A stretch of DNA of 64,000 nucleotides. It comes from Dehalococcoidia bacterium. GTDB taxonomy: Bacteria > Chloroflexota > Dehalococcoidia > Plut-88900. Of the stretch, positions 1-9,157 are shown piece after piece. How positions within the stretch are numbered: position 1 is the first letter of the stretch; every line of letters starts with the position of its first letter. The position numbers and the translations under genes were made by a program. A model generated the notes under the pieces. That model ran no database searches, had not been told where the DNA came from, and was given only the letters and a program-made list of their open reading frames with translations. Location: assembly GCA_965197585.1 (NCBI GenBank), contig OZ240215.1:3168001-3232000 (forward strand), read 5' to 3'.

Positions 1-8
1 GGAATAGA

Positions 9-422
9 ATGGACGTATTGGCCGATGTCGAAATGGTTTGGTTTGCGGAAGTCGGAAATCAATTAGATGGAATCTGGGATAATGTCAGCGACATGGATCG
101 GGAATTTCTCGTGAAGTCTCTTCGGCGCATTTCGATCAACGTCATGCTTCAGCCGAAGTTCCAAGATGCCCTTTCTAAGGATCGGACTAGGGCAACTAAT
201 CTAGAGCAACGGTTCGATGCATGGTATAGAGCCATGAATGCAATAGTCAGGTACACCGAACGCGAGATCGACACTACAAAGGAGCTTTATCTGAAACTAG
301 CCAATTCGGAGATATGCAACTATTGCCCCAACCGCATGGATATGGAAGATGCGTTGCTAAACAGCAAATTCCAGTTAGTCCACCGATACTGTCACCGACA
401 TCCGCCACGGTCGACCGTCTAA
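9..422 (+). CDS. Hypothetical protein, probably the C-terminal part of a gene starting before the window
   Basis: 137-aa ORF at the window edge, lower GC than neighbours, no recognised motif. Confidence 0.5.
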   Translation: MDVLADVEMVWFAEVGNQLDGIWDNVSDMDREFLVKSLRRISINVMLQPKFQDALSKDRTRATNLEQRFDAWYRAMNAIVRYTEREIDTTKELYLKLANSEICNYCPNRMDMEDALLNSKFQLVHRYCHRHPPRSTV

Positions 423-782
423 CTCCCCCTTCATCAGCCCCGGCACCCGAATCAACCTGCGCCCCACCGGGTCCACTGCGACGTTGAACAACTCCAAGGT
501 CGTCGGACCAAGCAACGGTCCCACCCCCGACTCCCCGACCACCACTAACACCGTCCTTTCCCGGTCTCCCAGCCGGACCCTCGCTTCGCCTACTTCGTAT
601 TCCACTGTCCGGTCATCAGCTGGTTGAAAGGGCACCGACTCCAGGCACTCGATGCCCAATGCCGTTGCCGTCTCCTCTGGAATGACGGTGTGCGTAGCGC
701 CCGTGTCCACCAGCGCCTCGACATCGAGCCAGTTGCCTCCCTGAACGTCACCCACCTGTACATTTACTGAAAAAGTGCCCAT
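375..782 (-). CDS. Clan AA (retropepsin-like) aspartyl protease
   Basis: ALVDTGATHT catalytic motif and PLLG-x-T-LE C-terminal motif; GAGG RBS upstream. Confidence 0.85.
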   Translation of the reverse strand: MGTFSVNVQVGDVQGGNWLDVEALVDTGATHTVIPEETATALGIECLESVPFQPADDRTVEYEVGEARVRLGDRERTVLVVVGESGVGPLLGPTTLELFNVAVDPVGRRLIRVPGLMKGELDGRPWRMSVTVSVD

Positions 783-878
783 ATATTTACCTCTCAGGCC
801 ACAATCCTAACCCACCCCTCCCCACCCCCATCCCCCTGTGCTACCATTCCACCATCCCCGAACCCCGTGGAGGCCATT

Positions 879-2072
879 ATGCCCAGGAACTTGTACTTCT
901 CGCAGGATGAATACGAACGCCGCTGGAAGGCTGTCTATGACTCGATGGCGGAGAAGGGCTACGAGACCGCCGTCATCTGGGGCAAGACCGCCGGCAACTA
1001 CGAACGCCACGGCGACCTCCTCTACCTGACCAACTACTACTCCAACCTCTCCGGCCACTCCCTGGACGTCGAGGGCCACCAGCAGGCCCGCTCCTACGGC
1101 GCGGTCATCCTCCACCGGGGCCAGGAGCCCGAGCTCATCATGGACATGCCCAGTTTCGACATGGACCAGCTCGCCGTCGATAATGCCGAGGGCCACACCG
1201 ACCCGATTTACGGCGTCACCCAAGCCCTCAAGAGGCTCGGCGTCGAGGGCCGCACCGCCCTTATCGGCACTGACTTCCTTCCCATGAAGTACGCCAAGCA
1301 GATGGAACAGCAGTCCCCTGCCATTGAGTGGGTCGGTGAGGACGAGCTTGTCCGAGAGGTCCGGCAGGTCAAGAGCGACGAGGAAGTCGAGCTATACCGC
1401 AACGCCGGTCAGACCATGACCGAGGCAATCTCCCGGCTCATGGAAGCCCTGGTCCAGGGCAAGACCGAGGCCGAGGCTGCCGCAGATGCTGCCTACGTGA
1501 TCACCAAGGCCGGGGGCCGCTTCCACATGATCCCCGTTTCCCACGGCGACTCCATCTACTATTTCACCCGCTCCCCCATCTCCGGCTTCAGCCTGGACGG
1601 CGCTGAGCCCGGAGACATGGTGCGCGGCTGGGTCTACGGCGCCGTCTACCAGGGCTACTGGATGGACCCCGGACGCACGGCCGTCGCTGGTCGGGCCCCG
1701 ACCCCCGAACAGCGTGACCTCACCGAAAATTGCTACGGCATCGTCGAAGGCATCATCAAGGCCATCAAACCCGGTGTACGCATCGACGAGGTCGTTAAGA
1801 TAGGCGTCGACCTGATGCAGAAGGTCGGCACCGAGGAAAACCAGCTCGCCGAGATGTTTCCCCTCTTTGGACACGGTATCGGCCTTTTCTGGGAGCGGCC
1901 CTCATTGAGGATCGGCCTGGAAACCGACGAAATCTTCCGAGAGAACATGACCTTCGGCATCGAGGCCTTCCTGTCGAAGGCCGGAGTCGGCGTCGCCGGC
2001 TACGAAGACAACATCCTCGTAACCGCCAACGGCGCCGAGATCCTAACCCCCGCCCCCAACTTCTGGTGGTAG
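879..2072 (+). CDS. M24 family protein (Xaa-Pro peptidase/creatinase-like)
   Basis: Creatinase-type N domain, RQVKSDEE, FGHGIGL, IEAF and YEDNIL motifs; GGAGG precedes ATG at 879. Confidence 0.85.
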   Translation: MPRNLYFSQDEYERRWKAVYDSMAEKGYETAVIWGKTAGNYERHGDLLYLTNYYSNLSGHSLDVEGHQQARSYGAVILHRGQEPELIMDMPSFDMDQLAVDNAEGHTDPIYGVTQALKRLGVEGRTALIGTDFLPMKYAKQMEQQSPAIEWVGEDELVREVRQVKSDEEVELYRNAGQTMTEAISRLMEALVQGKTEAEAAADAAYVITKAGGRFHMIPVSHGDSIYYFTRSPISGFSLDGAEPGDMVRGWVYGAVYQGYWMDPGRTAVAGRAPTPEQRDLTENCYGIVEGIIKAIKPGVRIDEVVKIGVDLMQKVGTEENQLAEMFPLFGHGIGLFWERPSLRIGLETDEIFRENMTFGIEAFLSKAGVGVAGYEDNILVTANGAEILTPAPNFWW

Positions 2073-2105
2073 CCCCCACCCCACTGTTGACCTGGTCATG
2101 GGGTT

Positions 2106-2215
2106 CCGCTCACCCTGAGGCACTCGAAGGGTCGAGCGGGGGGTGTCCAGTCCCCTCTCCCTCGATGGGAGAGGGCTAGAGCCTGCCCCGAGTCCCCCCG
2201 AGGGGGTGAGGGTGA
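2106..2215. repeat. Cluster of REP-like palindromes (ccgctcaccctgag..tcgaaggg and ccctctccc..gggagaggg types)
   Basis: The same motifs recur at about 7510-7600, 8210-8310 and 11230-11280. Confidence 0.75.
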
Positions 2216-2311
2216 CCTTCCCTCTTGACGAAGCCGCGCAAGCGAGGGGAACGGGACACCCCCTATCCCAATAGCCCCCCACCCCTCGCCCTTGATATAA
2301 TATTGGTTCAT

Positions 2312-2388
2312 GGGCCATTAGCTCAGGTGGTTAGAGCGCAGTCCTGATAAGACTGAGGTCCCTGGTTCGAGTCCAGGATGGCCCACCA
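2312..2388 (+). tRNA. tRNA-Ile(GAT)
   Basis: Acceptor stem GGGCCAT/ATGGCCC, anticodon arm CAGTC-CTGATAA-GACTG, T arm CCTGG-TTCGAGT-CCAGG, encoded CCA; TGnTATAAT extended -10 at 2293-2301. Confidence 0.97.
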
Positions 2389-2459
2389 CCCCCCGACAAA
2401 ATCGAGCACTTTCGCCTTGGGGTTCGTTCTGAATGAGTTAACTCAGGCAGAGATATGCA

Positions 2460-3476
2460 ATGGGAGCGTTCTTAACTAGTTCAATGTCGATAGCGGGACA
2501 CCTTGGGGAGTTGATAGGCTACAAGGCCGGCCTTGCTCTCACTCGCGAGGAGCTCGCGGAACATCTCATTGATACACCGGATATCCGGGACGCTGTCCTT
2601 GTGACAGAGGACCAGTGGATACGTATCCGATCCGAGGAGTACGAAGCAGCTGTTAGTGGGCTTCTGTACCGGGTTGGAAATATTCCAACTGCGCATCCAT
2701 CGTCACCCGTCCTTGCCGTTTACCGTCGCTTCGAGCATGATCCGGCCCACAGCAAGGTTCTTGAAGAGGTCCTAACTCGTTGCGTGGAACTGCTCAACGA
2801 TGGGATCGACAAAACCTCGCAAGGAGCACCTCTCAATCCATCCCAGCTCCTTGAGACTGTCGATACTGAATTCGGTCTTCCAGGGCTAAACATCGCCAGT
2901 GCGCTGATCGACGAGCTTGTCCTTCATATGCATATCTCACCTTGGATGCCCCGGCGATGGTTCAATTGGGATGACACGGTTCAGCTGCGCGATCTGTTCC
3001 TGAGCGAGAGCTTGGAGACGCAGTACGGGACGTTTTTCGATCAGCGCTTCGTCGACTACTTGGCTCGGAACTTTCCGCGGATTGACGAAATCAATTGGCG
3101 AAAGTTTGAAGGACTAGTAGGAGAGTTCTTTGAGCACGCTGGCTTCCGAGTTGAGATGGGACCTGGTCGAGGAGACGGCGGCGTTGATATCCGGGTGTGG
3201 GCTCCAGAGGATGAGGTCGCGAAACCACCCCTGGTTCTCGTACAGTGCAAGCGTCAGCAAGAGAAGGTCGCCCAGGTGGTCGTAAAGGCTCTTTGGGCGG
3301 ATGTCTCGAACGAGCGGGCACAGTCGGGGCTCATCGTTACGACGAGTGCATTGGCGCCTAGCACTGAAACTGTTAGGAAAGCCCGTGGATACCCTATTGC
3401 TGCAGCGGAAAGGGGAACGCTTCAGGACTGGATAGAACAGCTACGGTCACCCGGATCCGGAACGTTCATGGCATGA
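2460..3476 (+). CDS. Mrr-type restriction endonuclease domain protein
   Basis: C-terminal WRKFEGLVGEFF..GDGGVDI..LVQCKR..GLIVTTS matches the Mrr_cat PD-(D/E)xK signature. Confidence 0.85.
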   Translation: MGAFLTSSMSIAGHLGELIGYKAGLALTREELAEHLIDTPDIRDAVLVTEDQWIRIRSEEYEAAVSGLLYRVGNIPTAHPSSPVLAVYRRFEHDPAHSKVLEEVLTRCVELLNDGIDKTSQGAPLNPSQLLETVDTEFGLPGLNIASALIDELVLHMHISPWMPRRWFNWDDTVQLRDLFLSESLETQYGTFFDQRFVDYLARNFPRIDEINWRKFEGLVGEFFEHAGFRVEMGPGRGDGGVDIRVWAPEDEVAKPPLVLVQCKRQQEKVAQVVVKALWADVSNERAQSGLIVTTSALAPSTETVRKARGYPIAAAERGTLQDWIEQLRSPGSGTFMA

Positions 3477-3528
3477 ACTTGTAGACACCATTGGTGGATG
3501 GTATCCCCCCTCCACCCCCCCACCCCCC

Positions 3529-4389
3529 ATGCCCATCCACCTAACCCCCCTCGACAACAACTTCGCCTTCGAAGTCCAGGGCCTCGACATCTGGTCGGGC
3601 CTCGACGACGCGCAAGTGCGGTCACTCGATGATGCATGGGCCAATCAAGGAGTGCTGGTGTTCCGTCGCCAGTCGCTTTCGGAAGAGGAACTGGTCACCT
3701 TCAGCAGCTGCTTCGGCACACCCGATGTCATCGTCCGCACCGATTGGGCGTCCAAGGGTCGCCCCGAGGTCACGCAGATCTCAAATATGCGCAACGCCGA
3801 TGGCAAAACCATTGGTGGTCTCGGGTCGGGAGAACTCCATTGGCACACCGACCAAGCCTACATGGCAGAGCCGGCCACGGGCGCCATCCTCTATGGCGTC
3901 GAGGTGCCTGAGGACGGGCCGCACACCTATTGGGCCAACCTGCACCTTGCCTACGAAGCGCTCCCGCAAGAGACCAGGGCGCGGATCGCCGGCCGAAGCG
4001 CTATCTTCAGATACGGCGAACGATACAAGGACTACAAAGACGAGAGCGTGCCCAGCGAAGAAATCCTGGCTCGGACGCCCGACGTAACCCACCCGCTGGT
4101 GCACTCCCATCCGACAACCGGCGTCAAGACCCTTTACCTTGACCCGTCGACCATGGTCGGGATTGAAGGCATGGACGAGGCGGAAGGCCGGGCGTTGCTC
4201 GACGAACTGATCGAACACGCCACACGGCCCGAGTTCGTCTACCGCCACGACTGGCGTCCGGGCGACCTTATCATGTGGGACAACGGCTTCCTGCTGCATC
4301 GCCGGGACGCCTTCCGCACCGATCAGAACCGCCTCCTCAAGCGCACGACGATCCGGCTTTCGCCTGACCGGCACATCATCCCCTGCTAA
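3529..4389 (+). CDS. TauD/TfdA family 2-oxoglutarate/Fe(II) dioxygenase
   Basis: WHTD, HPLV..HP and WDN..LHRR facial-triad motifs. Confidence 0.93.
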   Translation: MPIHLTPLDNNFAFEVQGLDIWSGLDDAQVRSLDDAWANQGVLVFRRQSLSEEELVTFSSCFGTPDVIVRTDWASKGRPEVTQISNMRNADGKTIGGLGSGELHWHTDQAYMAEPATGAILYGVEVPEDGPHTYWANLHLAYEALPQETRARIAGRSAIFRYGERYKDYKDESVPSEEILARTPDVTHPLVHSHPTTGVKTLYLDPSTMVGIEGMDEAEGRALLDELIEHATRPEFVYRHDWRPGDLIMWDNGFLLHRRDAFRTDQNRLLKRTTIRLSPDRHIIPC

Positions 4390-4431
4390 GGGCACAAAAA
4401 GCCGCCTAAATGTCCGCCGGGGAGCAATGAC

Positions 4432-5031
4432 ATGCGCAGAAACAGGTGGGGAATAGAAGGACCGCCCGATGAAGCGTACTCCCGAGTAACCAACCCCGAA
4501 CGCTTCCAACCTCTTCACGCCGCAGCGACGGAGTTGCTCGACCGGCTGAAACGAGAGTTCGCGGTCGAACGATTAGATGTGCACGATGTGGACGACGAAC
4601 TGGCCAGGATAAAATTTGCTCGTCCTCCCGTAAGACTCGTCCCGCATGACCCGCAAGCTGCGCCAATTGTTGTGGCGTTCACTGATTTTCCGGGGCTGCA
4701 TTTGAGGTTCGGCTCCTGGCGCACCGAGCCATTCCCCAACTGTGGCTGCGACGCCTGCGACGAAACAGCCGACGGCTCTATCGAGGATATGACCAAGATG
4801 GTGGAATCAGTCGTCTCCGGCGGGTTCTGCGAGTCGATACAGGTGCCTCTGCTTCTGGGCAGCGGTTGGCAGGAATCAGAGTTCCGCTTTAACGATGCCC
4901 ACAACGGATCTAGCCGCTCTCGAGGCCGCATCCCGCGCTCCCGCGCCCTCGAGATGACGGGAGGCGAACGCCACGTGACCCTGGACTGGAAGCCCTGGCC
5001 CCGACGCAACACAACCGCCAAGCCACCCTAG
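4432..5031 (+). CDS. Conserved hypothetical protein (DUF6226-like)
   Basis: WG..GPP.EAYSRVT.PERF.PLH N-terminus and FPxCGCDACDE motif. Confidence 0.65.
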   Translation: MRRNRWGIEGPPDEAYSRVTNPERFQPLHAAATELLDRLKREFAVERLDVHDVDDELARIKFARPPVRLVPHDPQAAPIVVAFTDFPGLHLRFGSWRTEPFPNCGCDACDETADGSIEDMTKMVESVVSGGFCESIQVPLLLGSGWQESEFRFNDAHNGSSRSRGRIPRSRALEMTGGERHVTLDWKPWPRRNTTAKPP

Positions 5032-5077
5032 CCCAGCAGAGGGTGCCCAACCCCCAGTTCTTGAACCCAGCGGTCTC

Positions 5078-5866
5078 CTAACGGCCCTTGAACTGGGGCG
5101 GACGCTTCTCCAGCCAGGCCCGCACACCTTCCTGAACGTCCTCGCTCTGGGCGGCGATGACACTGATCACGTCTTCCAGTCGGCCCGCCTCCCGGATTCC
5201 GTCCAGCAGACTTCTATAGGAGACCTCTTTGATCCCCCGGACTGCCAGGGGCCCGTTGCTGTTGATTTTCCGGGCCATCTCCTCTGCCCTGCTCATAAGC
5301 TGGTCATGAGGCACGACGTGGTTCACGAACCCCCACTGTTCGGCCTGTTGAGCCGTGACATGATTTCCGGTGAGCAGAAACTCCAGGGCCCTGCCAAAGG
5401 ACATGTGGGCCCTGGCCCTCACGGTGCCCCACCAGGTGGTAACTATCCCCAGCTCCACCTCCGGCAGACCGAATACCGCTCTCTCCGACGCAATACGTAT
5501 GTCGCAGTCCATTGCGAAGACCACCCCACCCCCCATAACCCAACCGTTGATGGCCGCGATGATCGGTTTCCAGACACCCAGCTCCTCCGAGGGGCGCAGC
5601 GGCCTCGGATCGCCGCCAAAGGGGTTGCCGCCACGGGTGCCGCTATCGTGACCGGACCTCATCTCCTTGAGGTCGGCCCCCGAGCAGAATGACCTGTCCC
5701 CGGCACCCGTAAGAATCGCCGTCCAGGCGTCGTCATCGTCTCGAAATCGCTCCCAAACTTCGTTCCACATCCGGGACATCTCATTGTTGATTGCGTTGAG
5801 AGAACGGGGCCTGTTCAGGGTCACGTATGCGATCTTGTCTCTCACTTCGTATTCGATAACGGCCAT
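5078..5866 (-). CDS. Enoyl-CoA hydratase/isomerase family protein
   Basis: FCSGADLKE, KPIIAAING..GGG and FGLPEV crotonase motifs. Confidence 0.93.
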   Translation of the reverse strand: MAVIEYEVRDKIAYVTLNRPRSLNAINNEMSRMWNEVWERFRDDDDAWTAILTGAGDRSFCSGADLKEMRSGHDSGTRGGNPFGGDPRPLRPSEELGVWKPIIAAINGWVMGGGVVFAMDCDIRIASERAVFGLPEVELGIVTTWWGTVRARAHMSFGRALEFLLTGNHVTAQQAEQWGFVNHVVPHDQLMSRAEEMARKINSNGPLAVRGIKEVSYRSLLDGIREAGRLEDVISVIAAQSEDVQEGVRAWLEKRPPQFKGR

Positions 5867-5875
5867 AGGTTCCTC

Positions 5876-7351
5876 CTAGGGGTAGTAGAGCCTTTCGGCT
5901 GCCTTCTGGAGGTCAGCCCTGAAGTCTGGATGGGCGACGGCTATCAGCTCCCGAGCCCTCTCCCGGATAGATTTACCAAGGAGCTGAGCTACGCCGTACT
6001 CGGTCACTATGGTATCGGCGAAGGTGCGAGGCACGGTTACCGCCTCCCCCTCCGGGTGCTGAGGCACGATGCGCGACACGGTCCCTCGTGCCGCCGTCGA
6101 CCGCAGAAGCGTGATGGCCCTGCCGCCCTTCGATATAACGGCGCCCATGTGAAGCTCCGGTTGGCCGCCGGTCCCGTTCCACTGGCGGCCTCCAATGGTC
6201 TCCGAGTTGATCTGCCCGGAGAAGTCTATGGAAATGGCGTTGTTCATGGCAATGTAGTTGTCGTGGGAAGAGACGGTGTTGATGCTGACCACGTACTCTG
6301 CGTCTCGCAGCTCTATGAGGGGGTTGTTGTGGGCGAAGGGGACCTCTTTGGGATCGCTGCCGGTCAGTGCGGTGAACACTGCAACACCGGTATTCACGTT
6401 CTTGCGTTCGCTGGTGATGACTCCCCTTTCGATAAGCCTTAGTATGCCGGGGGCCGTCATCTCCGAATGCCAGCCGAGGTCCCGCTTATCATCGAAGGTC
6501 CCGAGGCCGGGCAGATAGGCGCTCGGGGTGCCGACCCCGATCTGGATGGTATCCCCATCCCTGACCAGCTCAGCTACGTACTGTGCTATCTTCCTGTCTT
6601 CCTCACTCGGCTGCTCCGCGTGAGCCAGGAGCCTGGCGAACTCCTGTACCTGTTTGACGGTTCCGCCGACCAGATTGGGCAGATATTCGTACCTGGCGCT
6701 TCCACTCAACAGGGGCAGCAACTGTTCCAGTTCCGCTCGAAGAAGGGGGTTCTCCACGCTGGAGACCAGCTCCTCCGATTCTTCGATAGACAGCTCGGGA
6801 TGCGTGTGCTCGACGAAGCGATCGATTTCAGAGACGTGTATGTAGTTGTCCCCATAGGTGCGGATGAGAGTGTCGTCCACCTGTGCAAGGACTATCCGAG
6901 CGTGTTTGGCAAAGCTCCGCTTGTTCCACAGGGCCTTGCCGAAGCTGCAGAACCCCTGGTCGTCGGGGGGTGAGCAGGACACCAGGGTTACGTCTAGCCT
7001 CGGGCCTCTGTTGGGCTCTCTATACGGCTGTATGTCCGTTGTAAAGATTACGGGAGCAAAATCTATACGGTGCTCGTAGTAGGCCGGCCGAGCCACAGAA
7101 CCCAGGAACATGGAGGGACTGTACCTGAACGACCCCTCGAAGTCGGGATGCAGCCAGCCCGGGTCGTAGTGTGGGGCAACATCGAATATCCGCAAATCAT
7201 CCAGCTGCTCGTGGTGTGCGACCAGGGCATCCATCAGAAGGGTGGGCTTGGGGTCCAGGCTGATCGCCACGTTGTCGCCCGGGCTGACCATCGCCACCGC
7301 CTCGTCCACGCTGACCATGTTGCGCTTATAGTGCTCTTTCCAGCCCATCAA
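5876..7351 (-). CDS. Acetyl-CoA hydrolase / 4-hydroxybutyrate CoA-transferase family protein
   Basis: DGDTIQIGVG, LGWHSEM, GTGGQ, IVTEYGVA and RERARELIAVAHPDFR motifs. Confidence 0.92.
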   Translation of the reverse strand: MMGWKEHYKRNMVSVDEAVAMVSPGDNVAISLDPKPTLLMDALVAHHEQLDDLRIFDVAPHYDPGWLHPDFEGSFRYSPSMFLGSVARPAYYEHRIDFAPVIFTTDIQPYREPNRGPRLDVTLVSCSPPDDQGFCSFGKALWNKRSFAKHARIVLAQVDDTLIRTYGDNYIHVSEIDRFVEHTHPELSIEESEELVSSVENPLLRAELEQLLPLLSGSARYEYLPNLVGGTVKQVQEFARLLAHAEQPSEEDRKIAQYVAELVRDGDTIQIGVGTPSAYLPGLGTFDDKRDLGWHSEMTAPGILRLIERGVITSERKNVNTGVAVFTALTGSDPKEVPFAHNNPLIELRDAEYVVSINTVSSHDNYIAMNNAISIDFSGQINSETIGGRQWNGTGGQPELHMGAVISKGGRAITLLRSTAARGTVSRIVPQHPEGEAVTVPRTFADTIVTEYGVAQLLGKSIRERARELIAVAHPDFRADLQKAAERLYYP

Positions 7352-7444
7352 ACCATGCTCGCTCCCGAACAGACCGCCAGAATGCAGCGTAGCCTAAGTT
7401 GGCCGGGCAAGCACAGTCAAGGAGCCAAACGCTCAACCCCCACC

Positions 7445-7610
7445 CCGTCATTCCTGCGCCGAGCCAGGAATCCATCCCCGGAGGAGGGGACGGGGCGGGG
7501 TGGCGTCCTACCCCCTCTCCCTCCGATGGGAGAGGGTTGGGGTGAGGGTGATCCCCCCATCCCCAAGGAGGGGCCGCTCACCCTGAGCACCGTCGAAGGG
7601 TCGAGCGTGG
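7445..7610. repeat. REP-like repeat cluster containing three repeat types
   Basis: ccgtcattcctgc..caggaatccatcc, ccctctccc..gggagagggttggggtgaggg and ccgctcaccctgag..tcgaaggg. Confidence 0.78.
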
Positions 7611-7763
7611 GGCGGCCCACCTCCGCCATTCCGTCGCGTCCGCACTCCCCCCAAACCCCTCAACAGTCCGCGTGATAAGCTTGCCGCGAACACACACCAG
7701 GTGATTTGGAAGCCCGAGATCCAATCGCCTCCCGACGGTCACAGCCATATAAGGAGACCTCTA

Positions 7764-8120
7764 ATGAGCCAAGGGAAGATATTCAACTGGGACAACGTCG
7801 AACCGTGGCCTTCCGACGATCGCTATCCGGGGATATCCGTAAAGGTGGTGGATGGCAAGAACATGCAACTAGTATGGGCCGAGTTCCAGCCCGGCTCCAC
7901 CTACCCCCTCCACGCCCATGAGCGGGAACAGTTCAGCTTCATGGTGAGCGGCCGGATGCGCCTCACCGTCGGGGAAGAAGTAACGGAAATCGGACCCGGA
8001 GACATGTGGCATGCCCCGGGCAACGTGGTCCATGGTGGGGAAATCCTGGGGAACGAGCCCGTGGTCTTCGTCGATGTCTACTCGCCCCCCGCCGAGGAGT
8101 TCAAAAAAGACGGGGAGTAA
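7764..8120 (+). CDS. Cupin domain protein
   Basis: HAHEREQ and PGNVVHG cupin motifs; AAGGAG RBS before ATG at 7764. Confidence 0.9.
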   Translation: MSQGKIFNWDNVEPWPSDDRYPGISVKVVDGKNMQLVWAEFQPGSTYPLHAHEREQFSFMVSGRMRLTVGEEVTEIGPGDMWHAPGNVVHGGEILGNEPVVFVDVYSPPAEEFKKDGE

Positions 8121-8161
8121 CCGCCCGACTGCCTCCAACAGGAAATACCCACCCGTCCCAC

Positions 8162-8310
8162 CCGTCATTCCGGCCCCCCGAGCCGGAATCCATCCCCAAG
8201 GGTAGGGAATTCCGTTCGCCCTGAGCGGAGTCGAAGGGTCTCAAGAGCGGAATGTGGCGGGGTGTCCTGTCCCCTCTCCCTTGAGGGGAGAGGGCTAGGG
8301 TGAGGGTGCA
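8162..8310. repeat. REP-like repeat cluster containing three repeat types
   Basis: ccgtcattccggc..gccggaatccatcc, gttcgccctgag..tcgaaggg and ccctctccc..gggagagggctagggtgaggg. Confidence 0.78.
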
Positions 8311-8352
8311 TCCCCCAACGATCCCACATCCCCTGCTATAATTTCACCGACC

Positions 8353-8426
8353 AGCCCATCAGCTCACGCGGTTAGAGCGCAGTCCTGATAAGACTGAGGC
8401 CCGTGGTTCGAGTCCAGGATGGCCTA
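8353..8426 (+). pseudogene. Degenerate full-length copy of tRNA-Ile(GAT)
   Basis: Colinear with 2312-2385 with 8 substitutions, including U8 to C, a C-C acceptor mismatch and a G-G T-stem mismatch; no CCA; TGCTATAAT upstream. Confidence 0.85.
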
Positions 8427-8705
8427 TCCTCGCTTTGTCCGGTTGTGTGTTGGGTTTTTCCCACCATGACTGCTTCTATACGTTCCAAGCTTTTTTGCTT
8501 CCCACTGTTCCGCTGCTTTGCGTGACATGGAAGGAGTTTCTGTTTTCAGTTGGCCGGGCTTACCTTCAGATTTGTGCTCCGCGGCTCTCCGTCCAGGGTT
8601 GTTGGTAGTGCCCACGTAGTTAATCTTTCCATACTTTCCTCTTATGGTGTAACCTCGAACGGCGTTTCTTGTCGGCCTGCGGCCACCCCTAGACCCTCTT
8701 GGCAT
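8424..8705 (-). CDS. Small basic GIY-YIG-like nuclease
   Basis: GYTI..YVGTTNNPGRRAAEH..E..N pattern; GGAGG RBS upstream. Confidence 0.7.
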   Translation of the reverse strand: MPRGSRGGRRPTRNAVRGYTIRGKYGKINYVGTTNNPGRRAAEHKSEGKPGQLKTETPSMSRKAAEQWEAKKLGTYRSSHGGKNPTHNRTKRG

Positions 8706-8736
8706 TTTTGGCCTCCCTTAACTTATAGGATGTCAC

Positions 8737-8750
8737 TTCCTAATTAGGAA
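8737..8750. promoter_or_regulatory. Perfect palindrome TTCCTAATTAGGAA, candidate operator in a divergent promoter
   Basis: Lies between the divergent GIY-YIG and XRE genes; an imperfect second copy TTCCATAATAGGAT is at 8763-8776. Confidence 0.6.
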
Positions 8751-8815
8751 TTCTACTGATTATTCCATAATAGGATATACTTTGCAAGTCAGGAAGCCAC
8801 TTAAATGGAGGTGAT

Positions 8816-9157
8816 ATGTCTAGCGGCGCTTTCGATGTCGAATCCTTCTACTCGGCACTGGATTCTCAGAGGCAGGCAAAAGGCATGTCATGGAAGGAGG
8901 TCTCGGAGCAATCGGGAGTAAGCCAGCCCACGCTTAGTCGCATGTCTCAAGGAAAGCGTCCAGATGTTGATGGTTTGGCACTGCTTTTGGCCTGGTCTGG
9001 GCTAGATGCTACTCTTTTCCTGCCTGGTTATTCTGCGCCGGAACCGTTGGCACAGATCACTGCCAACCTTCGTGCAGACCGTAAACTCTCACCAAAGAGT
9101 GTCGAGGCTCTTGAGCAAATCATACGGGTTGCTTACAACCAGTTCAGGGATGAGTGA
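8816..9157 (+). CDS. XRE-family HTH transcriptional regulator
   Basis: GMSWKEVSEQSGVSQPTLSRMSQGKRPD helix-turn-helix; GGAGGTG RBS. Confidence 0.88.
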   Translation: MSSGAFDVESFYSALDSQRQAKGMSWKEVSEQSGVSQPTLSRMSQGKRPDVDGLALLLAWSGLDATLFLPGYSAPEPLAQITANLRADRKLSPKSVEALEQIIRVAYNQFRDE

